64,000 nt of DNA from the NCBI GenBank assembly GCA_951406725.2, contig OX597819.1, positions 115,506,001 to 115,570,000 on the forward strand, read 5' to 3'. Positions 55,005 through 64,000 of the stretch are shown here, in pieces. The stretch is from Octopus vulgaris. Taxonomy: Eukaryota. The position numbers were made by a program, and so were the translations under genes. Below the pieces are notes generated by a model. It worked only from the letters and a program-made list of their open reading frames with translations, was not told the DNA's origin and made no database searches. Within the stretch, counting starts at the first letter, position 1; each line of letters opens with the position of its first letter.

Positions 55005-56179
55005 GTAAGTGCTTTGTATCGTCTCTTGTCCGTGTTCTAAAATAATTTATCACTTCTGATGAATCGCCTACCTAATTAAGAATATTATCACTATTCATAC
55101 TCACGTCTATTAATATTCAAATTAATATAAAATGTTTGATAAATATCTGAAACCAGTATAAACATTTTTCATTCTATAAGATTTATAAGAAAGAAGCAGA
55201 AAACTTAGTGACTTAATAAATCTTAAAGAAGAATACTTCTGGCTGGAGGTGGTTGATTATTTTGTTGTTGTTTAGTTCCAGATCAACCCTGATCAAGCGG
55301 ACCTTGGATCGAAGGCATTCTAACCCTGATCATCCAGATTTTTCTCAGATATTTTATATATAGGATTACCTTGTCTGATGTTTCCTCTTATCAAGCCGGT
55401 ATGATACGATCTTACGATTTCACAACTACTTCTTATTGATCGGGCGAACGAGGTGTGAATCCTTTGTTAGCAACCGACATTCACATTAGAAGCTTTTGTG
55501 CTGATATCTGGCTTAGCGGGGAAGGGTTTATAAAATCGTGGAAACAGAAGCGGTTTTCCAAATATAAGCCATCTCAATTACTGCATGTAATAAAGATGAT
55601 ATAAAGTAGCAAGATTATAGTACTATTTACACTAAAGTATTTAACTTTATTCATATTACTTCCTAGTATAAAATCTGTCTGAATCATTGTAATAAATTGT
55701 ATGCTATTTACTTTTACTCATTAACAACATTTCTTGTATCTAAATCGGAAACAATTATAATTTTAACAAAGAGAGGAGAGTGAGAGACTTACATATTCAG
55801 CATGAGAAATTAAGTGTTGGTGTTAACGTACTTAAGATAGTGAACTAAAATACTTCATTTAAAATGTTTATGTCTGTTATCAAGGGCCTGATAAATACTG
55901 ATAAAAAATATATTGAGGAGACCTAGTAAGACAAGCATGTCTAGGTTGTTACCATACTTCATATCTACAGCTTGTCCTCTGATTAAATCTCTAATTCAAT
56001 ATGATTTAATATAAATACCAGAATTTGAAATTAAACTTTTATTTCCAAATAGCGACATTTCAATTAATTTCAAAATAATTTTGAATCATTATCTTTAATG
56101 CAGTGTGCGGCACAAAGCGTTTAACTTCGAATCAGAAGGTTGCGTTTTCGCGTCTCGGCGTGGTTGATTATCTTTTATG

Positions 56180-56340
56180 GGTTTGGGCATGCCCTTGAGG
56201 TTAGAAGCTCGCTTCTCAACTACATGGTTTTGGGTTCTGTCCCAGAACCATCTTGGGCAATTGTTGCCAACTGAAGCCCCAGGCCGATCGAAGACTTGTG
56301 AGTGGATTTGGTAGGCGGAAACCGAAAAGAGCCCGCCGAC

Positions 56341-56421
<81 letters not shown>

Positions 56422-56640
56422 CGGGCGTGCGTGTGTGTGTTTGTGTGTGTGTATGTGTCTTTGTGTTTGTGTTTGTCTTCCTCCACCGCTAACAACCAGT
56501 GGTGGTTTCTTTACATTTCCGTAACTTAAGAGCTCGACAAAAAGAGACCGATAGATTAAGCACCAAACTTGTTCTATTCTTTCAAATAAAAACCCTTCAA
56601 GACGGTGCCCTAGCATGGCCGCACTCCAATGACTAAAATG
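56180..56640 (+). mobile_element. Diverged SINE family A
   Basis: ttgtgagtggatttggtaggcggaaac...(TA)n(TG)n...agcatggccgca. Confidence 0.75.
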
Positions 56641-56913
56641 AGTGTGACGCTTATTAATTTAAGTAATAATGGCGCCTTCATGCTGCTAATGTTTCATCGT
56701 TTTATTTTTCAGTTACCAATAGGGTTTAAATCAATGCACACTGTGAGTTTGTTAATGAAACGTTTATCAAGACTATAAATCTGAAGCTATCTGCTGCTTC
56801 CTGTACATTATCACCCATGTAACTGACAAATTAGGTGACGGTTACATAATTCTGTGTCTTTTTACTCGACAGCTTTATATTCTTGCTTAATGGGTTGTTT
56901 TTGTTTTCTCCAG

Positions 56914-57105
56914 ATTCCTCCCTTTTACATGGAAGAAAAGCATGAAAGCGGAAGAGAACAGCATGGCTACATAGTTGACATGTTAGCTCAGATGGCTCCA
57001 TTAATGAATGTGACCTTTGACATAAACTTAGTGAAAGACGGACGCTTTGGACATATTGATGAAGATGGAAACTGGACCGGAATGATTGGAGAAGTTATAT
57101 CAGGG
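56914..57105 (+). CDS. Receptor copy 2, S1 ligand-binding exon
   Basis: Acceptor ttttctccAG and donor GGG|GTAAGG. IPPFYM...GYIVDML...LVKDGRFG...NWTGMIGEVISG matches iGluR S1 (GYCVDL..DGKYG..WNGMVGEL). Confidence 0.95.
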
Positions 57106-57431
57106 GTAAGGCGACTTGAAACTACTTTGAAAATATATCTTTCTCCGCTGAAAAAGATATTGATAACGCTCTGATGCATATGTCTCTAATGTCTCTAACG
57201 TATATATATATATGTCGGTGCCCCAGCATGGCCACAGCTCGTGAGCTGAAACTAGATAAAATAAAAAATAAAATAAAAAATATATATATAATGATTCACA
57301 ATCAACGTGCAGAAATGGCGTATTCCGAATGAAAAAGGTAATGTAATCCGATGGTAGAGAGAATTCCGCGAATTAGGTACTCCAAAGTCAGTCAGAAGGC
57401 TGGGGCTCTGTCTTCTATTGGACTTTCCTCT

Positions 57432-57467
57432 GTTTCTGAAGAAGAGCGTCTGCTCGAAACGTTAAAC
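57432..57467 (+). ncRNA. Minimal type I hammerhead, sense orientation, in an intron of receptor copy 2
   Basis: Stem I GTTT/AAAC; CTGAAGA-A; stem II GAGC-gtct-GCTC; GAA-ACGT-T (GUU triplet). Confidence 0.75.
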
Positions 57468-57551
57468 CACCTTTCTTTCCTTCCTTGAGCATCTGCTAAT
57501 ACTTTACATGTACCACGTCCTCGCGTTGTTTTTTTGTGTTTGTTTTTAGTT

Positions 57552-57593
<42 letters not shown>

Positions 57594-58888
57594 CACATGC
57601 ATACATAGATATATATGTATAACGTATATAATCAGATAGAAAGGTAATTATCTCCCTGTACAGAACAACTCATTAGCGTCCTAATTAATAGAACATGAAA
57701 TATAAATATTAATATAAAGAGAAGAGAATAAATTTCAGGAGTCAGAGTTCATCTCGTCAGTATATTTCCCGACATCGGAATACTTCATAAATAATAATTT
57801 TTTTCAGTCAGCTTCTCATGGTCGTTCAAAAGATATTAATGTAAGTCTGTGGATTGGTGGAACTGCAAATTATCGAACCGGATGCCTTGCAGTTTTTGTT
57901 CCGGCTCTTAAAATTCAAGTTCTGTAATAGCCTACTTTGGTCGGTTTAATATTACTATGTGACATATTCAGTGCTTTTAACGAATGTTGCAAGCATTAGG
58001 GAGAGGTCTCTTGTTTGAATGCACCTTCCTCCCCACATCTATTTGCATCTGAGATCCGGTAGCAGTTCTTGGACACTGCCTTCTCTCCTGACTCAAGGAT
58101 AAAAACTATACCATGCTTAGTAGAATTTGTTCTTGTGTCAAGTGAAAATAATCTAATATTTATTTATTTGTTGTTTGAGAAGTAAAGACAGCATTACCAT
58201 CAATATACTTCCAAAGTTACCCGTCATATAATGGGCAGTACTATAGTGTAATAATTATTAATGTTATTCCCAGCAACGGATATTCCTATTCTCTTGGAAA
58301 CATCTCCAGACTTTTGTTCTATTAAACAAATAGAAATTTATTTTTAATAGATTTGTAAGAAAAAAAAGAAAAAGAAGCGCGGCGTCCACGACCCTTTTTA
58401 GGCAACCTCGAGAAGGTTTGATTACGAAAGTTAAGGAGACCAGGATCAAATACTTGAAACACAATAGGCCCCGCTCAAATCTCCCAGAAGGAAGTGGGTG
58501 AAGTTGAACTGGTCGATTTTCTGTACAAGACTTTGGTTGATCCAAGGCATTGGTAAGACACATTTACACAAGGTATCAAATGCTGTGATCGTACCCCAAA
58601 AGACACATAGTTACAAAGTGAACTTCTTAGTCGATGGAAATTTAAACCCCAAGAAAATATTTCATTTATATTTTCTTTTAATAACATTTTTATATCCTTT
58701 AGACGATGTTTAAATTAAGTAGTCATCTTATTTCATTTACTTTACTAATGCTATTGGAAAAGGAATATATTTAGCCTACCAAGGCCATTGTAAGATTAGG
58801 TCCCAGTTTGTCAATATTTAAAACTTACATTTAAAATTTCAAAAAAATGATGTTAAAACTCCCGATGCGATGTAATGTGCTATTTGCT

Positions 58889-59102
58889 TAAGGCAGCGAG
58901 CTGGGCGAAATGCGTAGCCGTATTTTGTCTGTCGTTACGTTCTGAGATCAAATTCCGCCGAGGTCGACTTCGCCTTTCATCCTTTCGGGGTCGATAAATA
59001 AAGTACCAGTTACGCACTGGGGTCGATGTAATCGACTTAATCCCTTTGTCTGTCCTTGTTTGTCCCCTCTATGTTTAGCCCCTTGTGGGCAGTAAAGAAA
59101 TA
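58889..59102 (+). mobile_element. SINE family B
   Basis: 16-bp TSD taatgtgctatttgct at 58873-58888 and 59103-59118. Confidence 0.9.
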
Positions 59103-59268
59103 TAATGTGCTATTTGCTCCCTGATAATGCGATTTCGGTTTCAAATACAAGAAACTGTACTCATTCATATTTTCTTAAAATTAATAACCCCTAACGTCCT
59201 CTTTGAAGTTAAAACAAAAGATATTGGTCTAGTTTCCATTCTAAAGGAAGTAATTATTTCATTTTCAG

Positions 59269-59614
59269 CATGCTGATATTGCTGCCGCTCCTCTTACCCT
59301 CGATTCAAACCGTTTGAGACATGTGGATATGTCTTTTCCATTTCTAAGTTCTGGATATAAAATCGTTATTAAAAAACCAGATTTGACACAAGTGAGACGT
59401 GGACTTTTCATTATTTTAAAACCATTCACAACTCCTGTTTGGTGTTTCATCATATTAGCTTATGTACTGACCGGTAGCTTTCTGGCAATAATCGGTCGAA
59501 TTAGTCCGTATGAATGGACAAACACGTCGGACGTGGATGTTGATTCGGAAAAACGTAGCAGTTTTAATTGTATGAATAGTTTTTGGTTCACCTTCAGTAC
59601 ATTCATGTGGCAAG
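59269..59614 (+). CDS. Receptor copy 2, exon encoding end of S1, M1 and pore loop
   Basis: Paralog of 1609-1954 with the same length and splice sites; 7 amino-acid differences by eye. Confidence 0.95.
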
Positions 59615-59877
59615 GTAAGTGATGGTGTGTCACAATGATGGCACGTACCTTTCATTTTTATTACTATATGTTCACTCACATTCTTAAAGTATGCAAATGC
59701 ATTTTACCAATCCAGCCAGACCAGTCTTAATTATCAAGTCCATTATCAAATTAAAATCTCAGTTATGTGCGCATGTTTGTAACTGTGTAAGATTGTGCAT
59801 ACTGTATCTAAAACACAACTGCCTATAAAATTAATTGTATTTTCTTTACCAAGGTCCTTTCTATAATTTCGTATTGC

Positions 59878-60972
<1,095 letters not shown>

Positions 60973-61289
60973 GTTAAAATCCTCATACGCGTTATGAAAA
61001 TGTCATACTTTCAAAGGTTCGACACAACACATGCCTACATCATTTTATCTCATACATCAACATGAAGGCTCTAGAAATTTTAATGGTGGCTTTGGGAACA
61101 TAACTGTTAAGGAAAAAATGGAAAGGAACTTGCATGAAAATATGAGAAAAACTTTGGTAAAAAGGCACAGCGAGAACGCATACATGTTTTCAGTGCACAT
61201 TTAAAAGAAATGCTTTTCCTCCTCTTCCTCCCTCACTTTATATATATATACGTATCTGATACAAGCAAAACATTTATAAGAAGAATTTT

Positions 61290-61672
61290 CTTGAATCGTA
61301 ACTCTCATTTCTGAAGATTGGTATTTAGTCAGTGTGTTACATATCCCAGTACCCCAATAATTACAGGTATAAACCTGAACTGGTAATCTGAATAAAGTAA
61401 CTATAGATTTCTCAATAGTTCAGCATAGGTGTTCTCTTTTTCACTGATCTTCAGCTTTACGTTTACATCCGTTGGGCAGCTAATTTCCACAACACAGTTT
61501 CTCTCCTCTATCCTAAATCATTATATCAGGTTTAATTTCAAGATGGCGGTCCACGATGAAGCCAGGTCAGCTATGGCTTTGACTATTCTCACTGGAACTT
61601 TAGGAAGTTGAAGAGCTTCTAGCTTCCATGAGTGGGGAACGGAATCAAAGGCTTTCTTGTAATCTAGCCACA
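61290..61672 (-). mobile_element. LINE RT/RLE fragments next to a (TATG)n tract
   Basis: WLDYKKAFDSVPHSW (RT motif) and YQFRFIPVIIGVLG. Confidence 0.6.
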
Positions 61673-62300
61673 TTGTATGTATGTATGTATGTATGTATGT
61701 ATGTATGTATGTATGTATGTATGTATGCATTTATGTATGATTGTATGTATGTATGTATGAATGAATGTATGTATGTATGTATGTATGTATGTATGTATGT
61801 ATGTATGTATGTATGTATGTTAGATACAGTCTTTTAGCTATACTTATGTATCTATACTACAATGGAGAAAGCTGCTTACCAACTAGGTATTTGGTATGTA
61901 TTACTAAAAGTACTAAAAGAAAGCAATATTAAAAACTTTACCGTCTGTTACTATTGCATTTGTCACTAATCCTTCTGATGAAAATATTCGGAGTATCCTG
62001 CTGGAAAATATTAACGTATCATGTTTCATGCCAGTTCATAATAATTATGTTTACTTGCTGTGTATAGGTATGACCTCATTATGTACGTCTTTTTGCATGA
62101 TATGCATTATAGCCTCAACCAGTCACTGAATCTTTGAAACAGCTGTAAAGATCTATCTTCATATTGTAATATGGATATGTATGTGTAGCATCTCATATAA
62201 ATGAATTCTTACCACCTATAACAGCCTGATTTGTGATTATAAATACATACACACATACATATTTACCTACACACACATTTATATGTGCATACAAGCATAC

Positions 62301-62371
<71 letters not shown>

Positions 62372-62787
62372 CATACACATTTAAAAATACATTAAGAATA
62401 GAAAAAAAAGAAAATGCTTTGGAAATTTTATCTTGGAAAATGTATTAATAACATTTTAAAGAAAGTAAACTTCCAGTTTCAGTCGTTTTAAAAGGATGAT
62501 TTAGTCATACTGAAATAAAGGGGAAAATAAATTGAAATAAATTAAATTAATTTAAATCTTTCATCACATCAGCCCCGGAAGTTCATACTTTGCCAACAAA
62601 AGTCAAATGGTGCGGCGTTTCGTGTCTTTCTGACCGTTTCTGGTTGACACCCAAATACACTCACACATGTAAATTTATATATATATATATGCATACATAC
62701 ACATACACACACATATATTTATCACGAACACATACATAGGTACTCATATATTCATATTCATAATTATATATATATATATATTTTTAG

Positions 62788-63536
62788 GATATCGTATTGC
62801 GCCTCGGTCTTATTCTGGAAGAACACTCAGCGTGTTTTGGTGGATATTCGTCTTGGTAACACTGGTTCTTTACATCGGTTCCATGGCAGCGCACTTACTG
62901 GCAAACAGACCAAAGAATGCTTTTCTACCATTCACAACTTTTTATGAAATGGCCAAACAAAGTGAAGTCCGTTATGGGGCCTTAAAATCAGGTTCAACTC
63001 TCCGTTATTTTAAAAGGTCATCAGTTGCTATGGAAAGACGTATTTATGAAAACATCATGAAGAATCAAAGTGTTTTGACATCGTCAACAGAGGAAGGTTT
63101 GCAAAGGGTGCGAGAATCAAATGGCATGTATGCCTATATTATGGAAGGCGATCTGGCTGAATTTTTAGTTAGTCAAAAACCCTGTGACCTTATGGTAGTC
63201 GGAGACATAGGAGATCACTCTTATTCCTTTGTCACGCAGAAGAATTCTTTACTGAGTAATGAGGTAAATCATGCTATTATTAGCCTAAAAGAAATGGATA
63301 TTATTGAACAAATACATAAGAAATGGATGCTGGGTGAATGTCACACGACTATCTTTTGGGAAGTCTTCATGGACGGTCAAGCATACTTTGATAAAATCAC
63401 TTCAATACATGACAACATCTTCAGCGGCCTTAACATCACTTTATTTGCTGGCCCTTTGATAATATTGCTCATTGGAATGATTATAGCTGGATCTTTATTG
63501 GTGGCTGAAGTGTTCCTGTCAGGCGGAGATATCAAG
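62788..63536 (+). CDS. Receptor copy 2, exon encoding M3, S2 and M4 (gene probably continues past the window)
   Basis: Paralog of 7824-8572; acceptor tttttAG, donor AAG|GTAAGT; about 25 amino-acid differences by eye. Confidence 0.95.
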
Positions 63537-64000
63537 GTAAGTATATAAATTATTATTACTATTATTATTTTATATACGCACAACAGATTAGACTGTTGGA
63601 AAAATTCCTAACATCGGGTTACAACAAGTAATCTTAGATGCCAAGAACTCTCCGAAGTATTCTAACTGTCCCTAATAACACTTTTTTCTGGAGTTGCACA
63701 AGACTATGTTTTATGCCTATTTTCCATGTCCATCTGTTCAAATACTTAGTGATAGTTACTAATAGTTCCCATAGTCTCTGTAATTAAATGGCTAGATCGT
63801 AGTACTTTGCTATTTTTTCTATACCTCTCATATTGACTTTCTCATCATTTGGAACTGTAAAGTTATATGGTACTTTTTATTCTTTTTGTCTACTAAATCA
63901 AGACTTCTAGTTTCTATTACTCTGTCCATCTCAATGTTAAAGTCCCACAACATCTTTCTTACTTTTTACTAATTTACTAGGTTCATGTTCATACCATCTA

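Overview
AT-rich, microsatellite-dense animal DNA. The SINE, mariner, Helitron and Penelope content looks like an octopus genome; this is an inference and was not checked. The window holds two tandem + strand paralogs of an unusual ionotropic glutamate receptor (iGluR/IR-like) gene. For copy 2, five in-frame exons can be spliced by hand (48945-49049, 54966-55004, 56914-57105, 59269-59614, 62788-63536). They give signal peptide, S1, M1-P-M3, S2 and M4, about 477 aa so far, with no amino-terminal domain. The pore has Trp at the Q/R site and the SYTANLAAF gate reads LYIGSMAAH, while the R/T/E ligand-binding triad is intact. Copy 1 shows the matching last exons (1609-1954, 7824-8572) and a candidate terminal exon (11852-11905). 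Differences between the paralogs cluster in the ligand-binding domain. The non-coding DNA carries many minimal type I hammerhead-ribozyme motifs, several with intact cores and several inside (TA)n-flanked palindromes. One family is tied to a degraded Penelope-like element whose 3' end carries a tRNA-like head followed by a hammerhead. Also present: three tRNA-derived SINE families, mariner, Chapaev3-like, hAT-like and piggyBac-like elements, Helitrons, RLE- and RTE-type LINE fragments, a higher-order minisatellite and local duplications. All alignments and folds were done by eye; coordinates of degraded elements are approximate.
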